Source: Klebsormidium nitens (Eukaryota; Plantae; Klebsormidiophyceae). From it: 59,672 bases of DNA. The first letter of the stretch is position 1, and each line of letters begins with the position of its first letter. The notes under the pieces were generated by a model that saw nothing but the letters and a program-made list of their open reading frames with translations, was not told the DNA's origin and did not search any database. The stretch spans positions 1-59,672 of the forward strand of contig DF237487.1 in NCBI GenBank assembly GCA_000708835.1. Reading direction: 5' to 3'. The translations under genes were made by a program, and so were the position numbers. Below, in pieces: positions 11,724-24,629 of the stretch.

Positions 11724-14700
11724 TCAACCACTCTTGCCTCCTTGCGCCGCCTCTTGGGCCACCATATTGATACCATGCACCCACATCTCCGCCTCATCTT
11801 GTGAGCTTGCCGTGAAGTACACGGTGCGCCCCGCACGGGCCTCCACACTGAACGTTCTCGCCAAAAGCCCGCTAGACTCCTTGGGCCGGTTCTTCCTGAG
11901 AACTGGCCCACCGCCCAGTTCAGCCACAACATCGCCCAGTTTCCGGCCACCCTTCTCGCCCCAGTAAAAGACGCCATTTCTCATGCACGGCACCTAGGAA
12001 AAGGAGGGGCGCAACCCTTTAAAAGATGCCGATAACAGGCTACACCTTCCTCTTCATATGATCCTGACGCTGAATAAACCGAGCCCTCCGGAACCGCATG
12101 ATCAGCAATGTCCTGCTCGCAAATCCGCAGCGGTTTCCAGCATGCGGGCCAGTCCTTGTGCAATTGTGAACCAAAACACAGTCCTTCGACCCGAATGGCA
12201 AGAGAAGTCCCTCATTATTGCCCAAAAACCAAGAACGAATCATTGTTGTGAATCCGCAGAATAAACCTACACCCTCCCCCAATTCCGACGGAAGTCTTGC
12301 AACTTTCGTGGTTGCTTTAAGCACTCTTGCTTTCATTGTACTAAAAACTGACCGTCCTTTCCAAAGAGCCAATCAGCGTCCCAGGACACCAATCTCGACG
12401 CCAGCCAGATTGCAAAGACACAGTCAGCGTTTCTAAAAAGCGAACAAGAGCCCTCATGCCCGCGGTCCGCTCACCTTTTCGTGCGGCTTTCCGCGCCCCT
12501 CCCGTGTGTGCTTCAACACTGGTGCGCCCGTCAACACCAGCTTCCTCGCCAGGTGATCGAACAGCGCCTTCTCCACCGCTGCGCTCACTTTGGGCCCCTG
12601 TTCTCGCGCCAATTGCAGCGCAGTCAGGCCACGTGGCCCCCGCTTCTCTGCGTGCGCTCCCGCCTCCAAAAGCAGCCTAACCCCCTCGACAAATCCCTGT
12701 TGCGCGCAGATCATGACAGGTGTCAGCCCCTCATTGTCCAGCTCGTCCACGTGGGCCGGGCTCGCCTTCAAAACCGCCGCCATCGCGCGCTCGTCCTGCC
12801 ACGTCGACGCGAAGTGCAGCGGGAAGAACCCGGGGGACGACGACGTCACCGCGACCGCACCATCGCGCAGGGCCTCCAGGATAACGTCAGCCGCCTCCGC
12901 CAGCGACCCGTTCCGCTCCGCTGACGTCAGCGCCGTGTCCCCATGCGCGTTCAAGGCCCCCAGGGACGCCCCCGCGCGGAGGAGCACTTCGAACGCTCCG
13001 AGATGGCCTCGCTGGGCGCAAAGAATGAGGGCCGTGTTTCCGTCGCTGTCTCGGGCTTCTATCTCTACGGGGGGGCAGTCCTGTGGGGTCAGTGGGGCCT
13101 GTGCGGTGGGGGGGAACGGTGTTCTGTGCGTGCTCGGTGAGTCGGCGGTCTGTAGTGTGCTGGTTGGGCTGTGCGAATCGCTGTCCGCCACGTGGGCGCC
13201 GTCCGTTGGGTCTCTCTCCTCTCCGGGCCCTTTCGCTAGTTTCTCCGGGGGGACGACGACGTCCCCCGCGTCTAGTTTGAGCAGTTTTCGGATAAGGTAC
13301 ACGTCGCCCTCCGTAGCGGCGAACAACAGCGGGTGAAAAACTGTCGGATCGCTCGAGAGATACCGTCCGGCGATGAGCGCCCCTCGGACCGTTTCTCGGA
13401 CGCTCTCCCCGTGCCCGCTTTCGTCAGCAATGGTTAGCAAACTCCTCTTTGACCCGTCCACTAACCCCAAATCCGCGCCGGACACGATGAGCGCCCCCAG
13501 GGCTGCCATCTGTCCGTTTTCGGCCGCAGTCATTGCGGGGGTCTTGTCCGAGTCGTTCCGGCAGTTAAGATCGCACCCCCCCGCGAGGAGCGTGTTCAGA
13601 ATGGCTAGATCGCCCAGGCGCGCGGCGAGGTATATTGGCTGGAAGCTCTGTTTCTTGGAAGATGATGGGATGCTTTGCTCAGGGCTTGCGCCGAGTTGCA
13701 GCAGAATGGAGACCGCTGGGGCGTTCCTGGAAACACCAAGAAGCGGGTTGAACGGAGGCTTGAATCTATCGTTTCTGGCGCTGTTGGAACCCGTGTTCGT
13801 TGGACGGACTTGGCTCCTAGCAAACGGCAAGTTTCACCAAGATAACCTATCCATTCCCATCATGTCAGTCATGATGTCACTGAAAATGGTCAGATTTCAG
13901 AACGTAGGGAAGGGTGTGACCAGACTTGTGTGGAGTAGAGTAGACATGAAAGTAGCTAACAACAGAACAAGGCGCGGTTTAGAAAGGAGCTCAGAAGATG
14001 CTGGCAACTGGAAGCTCTTGAAGATTGATAAGGCATACACGTGTGTTGACCTCGTTGCACAGGACGTGAGAAACAGGTTAAAAAATAGGACGTATCAGGA
14101 GCGGATTGAAGGAGGCGTGAAACCAGCTGTTAGCACTCCTGCTTTCTGATCGTAAAACTGATTTAGTAACGGGACGATCATTCCTGATAGCGTTCCTACC
14201 AGCAAAACCAGCACATCATCTGGGAAACAGCGGGAGGCTCCGTTTGAGCTCGGTTTTAAACTTTTATCGTGGCGACATTTCCGCGTTACTGCCCAAACTC
14301 GACAACTCGCCACGTCACTCAAATTTACTCACCCGCACAGGACGGCATGGTAGAGCAGCGTCCGCCCCGCAATCTCCTCGCTGACGTCAGCGTGGCGCAT
14401 CAGCGCCTCGAGGATCTCACCCCCGAGGGGCCCCCGGCAGAACTCGACGGCGGCCCAGGCTGCACCGTACGGTTCTCCCAACCCCGCCCCGACTTTGAGC
14501 TCCTCCGCTTCGCTTTGGTCCCACGCCCAGGCACCCAGCGAGGCTCTGGGGCTGAGCGACGCACCAGCCTGTAGTGAAATTTTCTCTTTGCAATCGAGAT
14601 CCTTCAACTGCGGAATTTGACCTCGACGTTCACAATTTTTTGAGTTTCTTCATGGTTCCATATTGCCCTAGCCGATGCCCCGGCCTTTGTGTATCAAAAG

Positions 14701-17700
14701 GGAACTTTGTTCTTAGAGTTCTGCTATCTGAAAATGGTCCACGCACAGGCACCCAGCGAGGCTCTGGCTCTGAGCGACGCGCCAACCTGTGCATAGCGAA
14801 ACATGCCTCTATCACCATCTTTGAACCTCGTGATGCACAAATGTTGGGTCTATGAATGAAAAGCTAATACACATCAAGGTCTAGCCCGGAAAACGGGTGG
14901 GGCTAGCTTGACGGATAGGGTGGGTTTGAGTACGAAGCGCGTAAACGTCTAGCTTAGGCTTTGAGGTTTCTCTTTGCCCGGTTGAATCACCTTTCTAATC
15001 ACAGAATTTATTTCATATCGTGACGTCCATTTCAGCAGAACACGGACAGAGGGCAGAAACGGAGGGAAGCGGCTCTTACCAGCAGTAAAGCGTCTACAAT
15101 CGGCTTTTGACATGAGACTACCGCCGCGATCAGGGGCGTACACGTGGCGTTGAGGTGGAGGGGGGGCTGCGCACATTGGACCAGGATGCGGCGGGAGCAA
15201 TTCACATCGATGCCGGCCTGGAGCAAGAGCGGCGATGGCAGGGTGAGAGCATGCGGTGTGAATAACCTTCTTGCAGGCAACTCGATAAGATAGAAATGAA
15301 AGCCAATAGCAATGGGATTCTGCTGTCCGATTTCAGCAAAGATACAATATGGCCGTTTTTAAAATGCCTGACGAGTTCTTTATGAGTACAAGAGTGGCAG
15401 AACAGGAGAAAAGAACAATGATGCGAGACCGGAGGAATGGCTGTGTGCTACTTTCACACACTGGTATACTGCAAATCACATCGACAACTTCAGATAAGCA
15501 ACGCGTGCTCCACGAAAGAAGACGAAGCGGGGCAAAGCTTTCGTCGTAGTAAATGTCGTGCGTGCTTTTGGAATTCGCAACGTTCGGTCGGAAATATGTT
15601 CCTAGTGACTCGCTTGCAAATAACAAAGTAATGATCATGGTCGCTCCGAAGAAGAGTTGACGAACGGTGTGTAGACTCTAGAGAGTCTGCTTCAGAGGAG
15701 ACGTCGCAGAGACGTCGAAGCCTGGCATGGCAAAAATCCAGAAGAGGAGCAAACCAGCCTTGCGGTAAACAATTTGTAGATCGTGGAGCCAGCCAAGAAA
15801 AACCTTGACGCTAAACTGACGCATGATATGCAGGATGGCAACATCACTTCAACTCCTGTCTTCAAACTCCTTGAGGCAGAGCGGACAGAGGTTTATGGAA
15901 ATAGTTGCGAGAGACTCAATCGCAGCTCGAGAGAGTCAGATGCTGAGAGAAGATACCTCGATCAGATGTTGGACGATCTCTAGGTGACCACGGGAGCTGG
16001 CCTGGACCAACGCTTGCTGGAGGGTGGGATCCCTTGCCACATGGCAATCCAGGAGCAGTTTCAGCGCATCCGGCCGGTTGTGGAGAGCTGCCTCCAGCAA
16101 CGCCTCTTCAATTGCTTCCTGTGAGCAACCAGAATTCCAATTCTTTCTTAGCTTCGTCTGCTCTGTTTTGAATCGCACTACCTTGTCGTTTCTTATTCGA
16201 GTAACCCTCTGCCCTCAATCAGCTCTTCCTTTGAAGAAACGCTGGAGCTCTTGTTTGCGCCCCCGCATCAACAATCCAAGCTTATACCAAGTCACCGCTG
16301 AGATTACGATGGCTGAGAGTCACTCGCTGGCATGGCTGGAAGTCTGCTTAACTCTTGTCTTGCAAACCAGTTCTGAATCAGGATGAATGATCCCACTCCA
16401 GACTGTGGACACCAACAAATGGCGCCTGCTTTTCCTTTGGCCATAAGGTCCAGTCCTTCTGCATATTGACGACGCTGTTTGGAGATTCTGACGCCGGATG
16501 GTTTTCAAGTTTACAACCACTTGGCAGTCTCCACATGCCGGAGACAGCTTAGTCCGCGTCGACCACCGTGTCAACATCATAGGCCAAACCAAGACCTATG
16601 AACAGATCAATTGCATGAAAGATGAGCGCTGATTTTCTTGAATGAATGGTTTGAAAGTTGGATCCTTCTTTCAAGATTCAAACAAACCTGTGTGGATAGA
16701 AGTGGGACCATTCAAGGAACCACCTCTGTTGTTGCTCGGAGATAGATTGCGTTACAGATTAATCAGAACTGCATTTTCTCTATGTTACAAGGGTTGGGAT
16801 TTCTTCGGCTCACAACAAGCAGTGCCAAAAGCAGGGGGATGGGGGCCTTGCAGACTGGAGGTTGTACCTGCTCGTCGCTGGGGTCAAATGCGTAACATCG
16901 CCTTGCTTGCGCACCAGGATACGCCTTGACCTACTTTTGTGGTGCACTTTATAGAACGGCCTAAAAAGAGGGAGCAAACTGCAACTTACCACACTAAGCT
17001 TTCCTTTGCTGATCAGCACTTGCAGGGCCGCTGCGTGTCCCTCCTGGGCCGCAGCAGTGCTAGGGTAGCCTCGAAAGACCCGTGCGTTCGCATCAGCGCC
17101 GGCAGCCTGCACAATGTTAGCTTTGCGTGTCAGATCTGCGGTTGCTCGTAAATACCCAGGCCCTCCCATCGCCCTTTCCTTGTTTCCTGCTTCTGCAGTT
17201 CTCTGCGTTTGTTTGTCCCCCAATGTTTTCTGAACAAAGTCTTTCGGGTAAAAGCATGAGGTACCCTTTCAAGCAGGGCCGGACTCACTTTAATCCAACT
17301 AAGACCTCCAGAATCGTAATGTCACACACTTATGTTTAAGTCCAAAAGAGATTGTGCGGAAGTTTCAGCATCAGTATGTGCCGACCAAGACTGACATTGA
17401 CAGGAAATGCATTCAACTGCTGCCGAGCACTTGCCTACTTTGTACGTTACACATTTCGCAAATCATTGTCTCAGCACAGTTAGATATCATAGCCTTAAAC
17501 ATCTGGGGTTAATACGGGAGCAGTTCCAGCGCCAAATGCTGTGTGGATTTTCGAGGTTTGCTGGTTGCTTCGAAATCGTTAGTACCTCTTGGCCCTGCTT
17601 TTGCCTGAGGAGCATTCAAAACTGCTGTTTGACAAAAGGTGCACAATGCTCAAGTAGATGACAAAATCCCCAGAAGCGACGGCAGTGGATGATCAGACAG

Positions 17701-18681
17701 AGATTGGCAAGGAAAGACACGTACTAAGATGTTAGCATGAAAGGTGTTCTCTCAAATGTAGGAGTAAAATGAGGGATCTCCAGTCAGGCAGATCTTTGTG
17801 CGTTTTCAAAAGGTTGGCGTCTTTCATCTGGTCTGGACGACGAGTCACATTGCAGATGCTGCTTCTGAGTTGGCTTGCTTCTGGTTTATGAATTATACAC
17901 TGCTGACCTGTAACTCTCTGGAGAAAATTCACCAAAGCGAAGCGAATTCTTCAATCACTGCTCCCTCACATCCCAGTCATTCAAAGCGGAGCATTGAAAA
18001 GGTTTGCAGGAGGCAGATGTTTGAAAGCAAGCTAAGCATTGCATTACAAGCTCATTGATGATTGTGCACTGCAAAAAAAAACCCTCAAGAAACCCTTGAG
18101 AATGTGTCACACCATCCAGATTTGCATGTATCTTGTTTTCAACCAGAATCGTGGACTGATGATGAATGAAATACCTACAAGCAACTACACAACCTTACTC
18201 TTCTGCTTCGCACACCCCACGAGTCCAAAAACTTAACTCCTAGAAGAAGAACCTCGGAAGGACTCACCACCAGCTTTTCCACCATCTCCCCATTCCCCAA
18301 ATGTGCAGCCGCAAACAGCGGAGTGCTGTCCGTTTTGTACTCTGTGTAATCATACGCAACTCTTACGGGCCCTTGTGCATTCAACACAACTTCCCAAGTC
18401 CGCACCTTCAGCAGCCTTGTTCCTATATAGTTGACGTCCTCTAGACTTGCGGCAGCAAGTTCCTTTTCCACACCAGTAAGATCACATTTAAGTGCAAAAT
18501 CCAGCAGCTTATACCCATGAGAGGACGCGTCCTCCACCACCGGGCCTGCCGGTTTTTTGAAAGGTGACACCTTTCTGTCTGCAGCCAGGCTCTGGAGAAA
18601 AAGGAGCCCCCCTACAGGGGACTCGTGAGATGCTTTCTGAAAGCTCATTGCTGAACTCCAAATGGCACTGCCTTTGACCAT
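11724..18681 (-). CDS. Ankyrin-repeat protein with C-terminal PH-like domain, plant AT5G14230-like family, ~862 aa; join(18681..18268,17106..16990,16118..15957,15217..15080,14568..14333,13726..12475,11993..11724)
   Basis: Seven phase-compatible exons, 2589 nt. Multiple ankyrin motifs (TPLFAAAHLG, TPAMTAAENG, TALILCAQRG, TPVMICAQQG). Family-like stretches DVNYIG..LKVRTWEVVL, LGAWAWD..EELKVGAGLGEPY, RTLLYHAVLC, KHTREGRGKPH and EAEMWVHGINMV match the Arabidopsis protein as I recall it. Confidence 0.88.
14735..14790 (-). repeat. Intronic partial copy of ankyrin gene exon-5 start including acceptor
   Basis: AGGCACCCAGCGAGGCTCTGG..CTGAGCGACGC.CCA.CCTGT matches 14516..14572. Confidence 0.9.
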
Positions 18682-19730
18682 GGTCAGCTCATGACAGGAA
18701 GCAGAGCTTTCAGACACGTTGCTTCAAGGACTCCTGTAGAAATAAACCCATCCAAATGCGCTTTGAAGCGCTTGGATAGTGGACAAATGGGGCTTTGCAA
18801 GGACTTGAATGAGCCTGTGTCACTGAACATTGCTCTTGCAGCGTGCAGAGCAAAGTCCTTCCGTTTCTGTCGGACGGCCGGAACGCTGATAGCGGAACCA
18901 ACGGCAGATCGGAACGCCTAGCGGAAAACTCCGCGGAACCCCCGCGCCGGACTCGCTTACCAGCGCTGAGGGCCTGAGCACTGTGAGGCGCTGTGAGGCG
19001 CTGCCAGTTTTCCTCGGTGGATGACGTCATTCCACAAGCTGGACTTCGTGCACGCCATCAGACGGCATGGGCAGCACTGCAGCAGCTTGTCGGCCCTGGA
19101 CCCGGCAAGCTGCATATGTACGTGTCAGAATGATTTAGTATTGCAACGCATAAACGCAGGAAATGGACAAATTTGAAGATTTCAAGTCTCCCACTAGATC
19201 CGGGCTGAATTATAATGAAGATGTTCATGCTCAACAACCGCGAGAGCAGTCTATGTCGGAGAGCCCCCCTTGAGCCGATCTTGAAGTGATTGGCCTCCAG
19301 GGCCTCTTCGTTCACTGACGGCGTCAGAATACACCTTGATCACCGTTGTTGAAAATGATCAGTGTGAGCTAAATTTCTAAATCTGCCTCAGCTGGAAAAA
19401 TAAACCTCTTCGAAGCATGCACCGGGAGTAGATCAGGTCTCAGAGAGCCTACCGTTCCCCTGTCGGTGACTTTCCTGCTCTCCTCACAGTCCCACTGATA
19501 AAGATACTGTGGCTAGACGTAGGTAATCGTAGGACTGTCTGCCAACCCCACAACTCCTTTGTCTTGAAGGCTCGAGGCCCGGCTGATCGGTCGCTTCGTC
19601 CGACGGGGAGTCGCACCTTTCCGGAGCGGATTCTGGTCGGAGGGAACGGAACCGCGGAGCAAGTGACAAGAAGCGCGGTGGTGCTGGGGGAAGACGAGAT
19701 CGGTGCGTGCCGCGCGTCAGATGCGCGTGG

Positions 19731-19742
19731 TTAAATATATAG
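19731..19742 (-). promoter_or_regulatory. Probable TATA box of the ankyrin/PH gene
   Basis: CTATATATTTAA on the minus strand, followed by a GC-rich leader, a donor-like AG|GTGCG near 19617, a further donor at 18960 and an acceptor at 18734 upstream of the ATG. Confidence 0.4.
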
Positions 19743-20152
19743 AAGTACAATGCGGAAGGGGAACCAGCGACATTTTTCCGGACTAACCTTTGGCTAGAAG
19801 AGCCGGTGTCCAGGTTATCCTCAAATTCCTAAAGATCCAATTGCACGGTTTGAAAGGGCATGCTGCTCGGCAAAAACGAAGAGATCTTATGACTAATAAT
19901 CTGTACTATTTTAGGGCTTTCCTTGCACGAAAACAAATTGATTGTAGTCAGACATTCCAGCGCTCCGCATATCGGAATTCATGTAACTACCAAGCTAACC
20001 AACCCGTCCCCTGGGCTTCACATTATGAGAATCTATTGGGCTTTGGATTCGCAAAAGTCAGTCCAGTAGTCAGCAGATCAAGAATCAAGAATCGAAGACA
20101 TGAAAAAGAGTTAAGATGGACGTATATATCTGGCCAGGCCTCCCAAGGATAA

Positions 20153-20425
20153 GCTTCCGCGGCAAGCCCTCCGGCTGCCGGGGGGAACCTGTTTGACGTC
20201 AGCGACAGCTTCGAGAAAGCGCTGCCCACGGGCCGCTACGTCATCGTCTGGTGACTCCGGTTTCGCAAGTCCTGGTACGTCCACAAACCCATTCATCTTT
20301 CGGCAAGCATCTGTTATGGAGGGAAACGGATCGAGCTGATCCGGCACGTCTCGTTCAAGCGGAACCGGAACGGTGGAAGGAAGCGGAAATGGGCTAATTT
20401 CAACTTGAGACGAACGAGGTTGTGA
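20153..20425 (+). pseudogene. Phloem-protein-2 (PP2)-like domain fragment with in-frame stop
   Basis: Frame reads GNLFDVSDSFEKALPTGRYVIVW*LRFRKSWYVHKP, resembling the PP2/F-box-PP2 strand W/F-[DE]-V...F...[FL]P.G.Y...[FW]RL. TGA at 20252-20254 sits where Arg (CGA) is expected; no start or partner exons found. Confidence 0.4.
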
Positions 20426-21930
20426 CATTGTAAGCAGGTCGGAGGAGAGGGCCCGGCTTGAATGTAATGGGGGGCTGGTGGTACTGCGGCTCGGCTGCGA
20501 ACGGACCCCCCCGCGAGCACCGCAGCAGACGAGAGAACTAGAGCGGGGGACATGCGCGGTGTCGCCGTGCGGCGAGGCGCCTCATTTCATGATGAGGCGC
20601 TTTTTACGCGCCTCATCCAGTCCGCAAACAACTGAGGCCAAGCTTCCCATACAGTCCGACAGAGATCGCAGCATCCAGGACTGACAAACGTGACGTCACC
20701 CTTGCAAGATGCGGCAGCGAGTGAGGAACGGAACGCCCATCCACCCTCAGACGCAGGGTGGATGCGCGAAAAGGCCCTTTCGCAGGTGTCTCCAAAGGCG
20801 CCTCTCACATCTGATATGGAGAAACTGTTAATTTGGACGGACTTAGATGTCGAAAAGCATCGATCCTTGCACAGCACCGTGTTCTTGAATGTACAAGTAA
20901 GCAAAATATGTAATACAGAATCAACGTCGTACATCAAAGACACTCAAGCTGGTTGAAGCTAAGCACGGACTCCAGAATGCGTTCGGAACGTCCTTAAGAA
21001 GTATCCATTCCAAGCTTAGTAACAAAGATACCGCTCCCGCGCAAGGACTCGGAGGTTACCTGTCAAAACCCTCCTCAAAACGCGAATAAACATGGGCGCT
21101 TTGGTTGGTAAATCCAAGAGGCAATGGTTTTCTTATTGATCATGAAGCGTGCAAAAGGAGCGCCTCGCATGTCTAATCCCGTACATTGCTGGTTGAACGA
21201 AAGCAATCATGTCATTGAGGTAGACACAAAATATATGAGAGAACGGCACGGCCCTGGTGGTTGCCCGGGCTACTTGACTTGAGAACCGGCCACATTCCCC
21301 AGTCGGCTTTTTATGAGCAGGAACACATTGAATCAAAAAAAGGAGGCAGCACAGCGAGCGGCCTCAGAATGCAGAGAGATGTGTCAAATGATCGATGTGC
21401 ATGATGTCTGAAAGAAATCGTTCTTGATGAATTTCGTACAGCCTTGGTTAGACAAAATCGCATGGGCAAATGTTGGTCCGTAACCATCGGAAAGTCCTAG
21501 CGCTGTAAGCTGCCGGTATATCAATCAATATTACGGATTCGGCGGTACATCTCCCATCGGAAAAGTGGTCAAAGCACGACGTTCTTTTGTGCTTCGCGAT
21601 CAAAAATTAGCGCACGACGAGGGTCCTGGTACGCGCTACGTTATTAAATACCACGCTCACTAAGCGACTCGCGTTCATGTGGCGAATACGCCGTCCAGCC
21701 CGCTAAGCGTGGGTTACACGTCATCAACCTCAACCTTCGGCATCAAACCTCCTGCCGATGCCGATTTAGGTCAGCCAAAACTGCCAAAACAAGTCCTCTG
21801 GTTACATTCTCCAGCAAAACACTCCTCGAGCTCGAACCAAACCTCAGTAACCTCTCAGACTTCAGGACGTTAGTTGGACCGCCTAGCGGTCCTCTCTTAG
21901 AAACCAGAGACTTGTACAAACGCTGCTGAT

Positions 21931-24374
21931 CTAAAAGAGCCAATCGTAAATGGTCTCGAACGCGGAAGCTCCGGCGATCTTCTTGTCGGTGGTGAACTCA
22001 AAGTGGAGGCTCGCCGCGTGCTCGCTGTCAGGGTCAGCGCCAGCGGAGTAAACCCCCTTAGCGCCCGCGAACTTTCCGGTTCCGCCCACGATGGAGAGCG
22101 GAGGGTTCGCGCCGAAAGCGTAAGCGCCTGTCGGAACGGAAGGCCTTGGTTCAGTCGATTCACAGGTTTGCTTGACTGACAAAATATCGAAATGTAACAA
22201 TGAAGGGGGTTATGCCGCGAAATGGTAAAATGGTGAAATCTGTCGCAGTTCGTTTAGAATCTTCCGGTTCCGCCCACGATGGAGAGCGGAGGGCTCGCGC
22301 CGAAAGCTTAAGCACTTGTCGAATTTTGTTTCATCATTTGAGACAGAACCCTCTAAAACATTCAGCTAAACATTTGGGGCCCACTTCGGGGTTTGATTTG
22401 TAACTGCTGGTTGAGTCTGCTTGGCGGGGGATTTACCGATACACTTTGTGCCGCCCACGACCGAAAGCGGAGGTTTAGCGCCAAAGCCTTTTAAGCACCT
22501 GTCCTAAAGAAAGGCCCTGATTCAGCCTTTTTGGCACAGAGCTGACTCCTGCTTGCAACCCTGGGTATACCAGTCGCTCGAGATTCGTGCAACCATTCTC
22601 AAGGTGTACATGTGCCGGGTGCGGCTGGGAGTAACCAGGAAGAGTTCTGCGGATCGTTCCAGCAAAAGGATCTGCTGTCGAGCACGGTATTCAACGAGGG
22701 AAAGAAAGAGAAAAAGAAAGGAAGTGGTCGAAAAACTAGCAAAAAGATTGGCGAAATCGAAAGCTGGTGAAAGCGCTTCTGGGATAGGTTAAGATGAATG
22801 GCTTGAAAGTTCATCAGGAGTGCGCCGAAAACGGGGTTAACAGGAATATCGTCAAGAAAGGGCTTTTCAATGGCTGAACATCGGAAACGATAGGGTTAAC
22901 AAAGAACGGGTTAAGAGCGTCAAGAGCGGGTTACCGGCGATGGTGATCGAGCTGCCCTTGAAGGGCCCCTTGGTGAAGACGACCGTCTGGGTCTGCTCGA
23001 ACCACGCCTCCTCGCCGTTGGCGGCCGCTGACGTCAGCACGAAGTAGCCGTTGATGAAGGCGATGACGTCACCGTGGATGCCCCCGGCCGTGATGACGTT
23101 CTTGTACGTCAGCGTCTCGCCGGGCGCCTCGGGGAACTTGCCGCCTTCCCCGCCGATCAGCTCAGTGGCACTGGCAAAAAAATGGTTCACACTTTGTTTA
23201 GTTCTTGGTTAAGAAGCTGGCACAAACAAGGTTTGTACTTGGTTTAGTTCTTGGTTAAGGAGCACTTGTTTGAGAAGCAATATATTCTTATCTAACCATA
23301 ACTGTTTAGTTGAAGGGCCTGGGCTACCGCTGCCTCCGGTGGCAGTCAGATCGAGACAACCTGCCAGAAAGATTAGCTGTTAATTGCCACTCGCTTGGTT
23401 GACTTGGGGTGTGACTGCAATTTGATTGACCCTGCTTCAAGATGGACCGTAACCAAGAATTGACCTGATTTTATTTGAAGACGACTTCTCCAAGCCTTGA
23501 GAGGAGGCAAAAAAACAAAATTGTGGAACGGACAGGAGAAAGTAAAGAGGAGCCTTGTGTAAACCTCAGAGAACATTGTTAAACATAAAATTGACATTGC
23601 AGTTGATTATGCATTCGACACCAACAATTATGTCAAAGCAATGCAATTCTCTAAAAATGCTTTACGTTTTCAGACGTGATAGCTACTTAAATCAGAAGTC
23701 CTTCTACTCGTTTCTGTCTAAAGCTAGAAGCTATACACAGTGCATGCAGCATTGCAAGAAATCCAGAGGTTCATCTTAGCAGATGGTCAGACGTACAATT
23801 CTGAGCAGGAAACAGGGAAGGCCTGCTTTCATTGGGGGCTCAACAATAGTAAGTCGGTGCTTTTGAAGAACAACAGAGAAGAAGACCTGAGGGCCACACA
23901 AAATCGATTCTGCATGTAAGTTCTGGACAAGCCGGGCTCATAATATTTCACCATTTGGAACCAAGAGCCATGTCTTGGTCAAACCAACAAATGCATTACA
24001 GAGTATGTGGACAATCAGCAACTACTCTAGCTAGTTTAAGATGGAGAGGAAATGCTCATCCGTGACACAGCTCACAGAGAGATGCGCTGATTGATTCAAC
24101 GCCATGATCAGAACCAATGTCGAGAAATATGGATTCTCAACTCACTCCCTGAAGAAAATGCAATCCTGCAGCCAATGATAAAACAACCGTTTCAACTTGG
24201 TCTTCTAGAATCAGAAACTGCAATTAACGATATATAGAGATGGTTTTGGCGCACTCACTCGAACTTGTAGTAGGATGCAGTCCCCAGCTTCCTGGACTCG
24301 TATGAGAAGGAGTCGACCGCTGAAACGGACGCGACTGTCGCGATCAGGAGAGCGGCGATCATAAGGCGGGCCAT
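21931..24374 (-). CDS. Secreted dirigent-like (dirigent/AOC-type beta-barrel) protein, 182 aa; join(24374..24259,23170..22935,22127..21931)
   Basis: Three phase-compatible exons, 549 nt. Signal peptide MARLMIAALLIATVASVSA; dirigent-type motif LSIVGGTGKFAGAKG preceded by GSSITIAG. Confidence 0.75.
22262..22526 (-). repeat. Two intronic partial copies of dirigent exon-3 start (22262..22321 young; 22443..22526 older)
   Basis: TTCCGGTTCCGCCCACGATGGAGAGCGGAGGG.TCGCGCCGAAAGC matches 22074..22133; the second copy is more degenerate. Confidence 0.9.
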
Positions 24375-24620
24375 GGCTGCGCTCTCAGAGGGAAAGCTTT
24401 TGCTGGCGCTGTTGGAAAGGGATGCAGGTTTGCGGAGGATTGTGCGTTTTGCAATGCTTTACGAATGCAGGGTGAAGTATGCATGTGAACTGCTCTAATT
24501 GGCCTTGGATCAGTGTTCATCCAATACGTACCATTGGCAAAAGACTGCTCATGAGAGCTGCTGGCAGATTCAAGGCCCCTTGATAGGTAACTGTACGTAC
24601 AGTGTACGTACAAATAGCCG

Positions 24621-24629
24621 CTATTTATA
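24621..24629 (-). promoter_or_regulatory. TATA box of the dirigent-like gene
   Basis: TATAAATAG on the minus strand about 250 bp upstream of ATG 24374. Confidence 0.6.

Noticed and set aside
12590-14149. Long plus-strand ORFs (248 aa, 258 aa)
   Set aside because: Antisense shadows of the GC-rich ankyrin exon 6.
20111-20428. 105-aa minus-strand ORF with ATG
   Set aside because: No recognisable domain; mirrors a PP2-like frame on the plus strand, so probably an antisense shadow.
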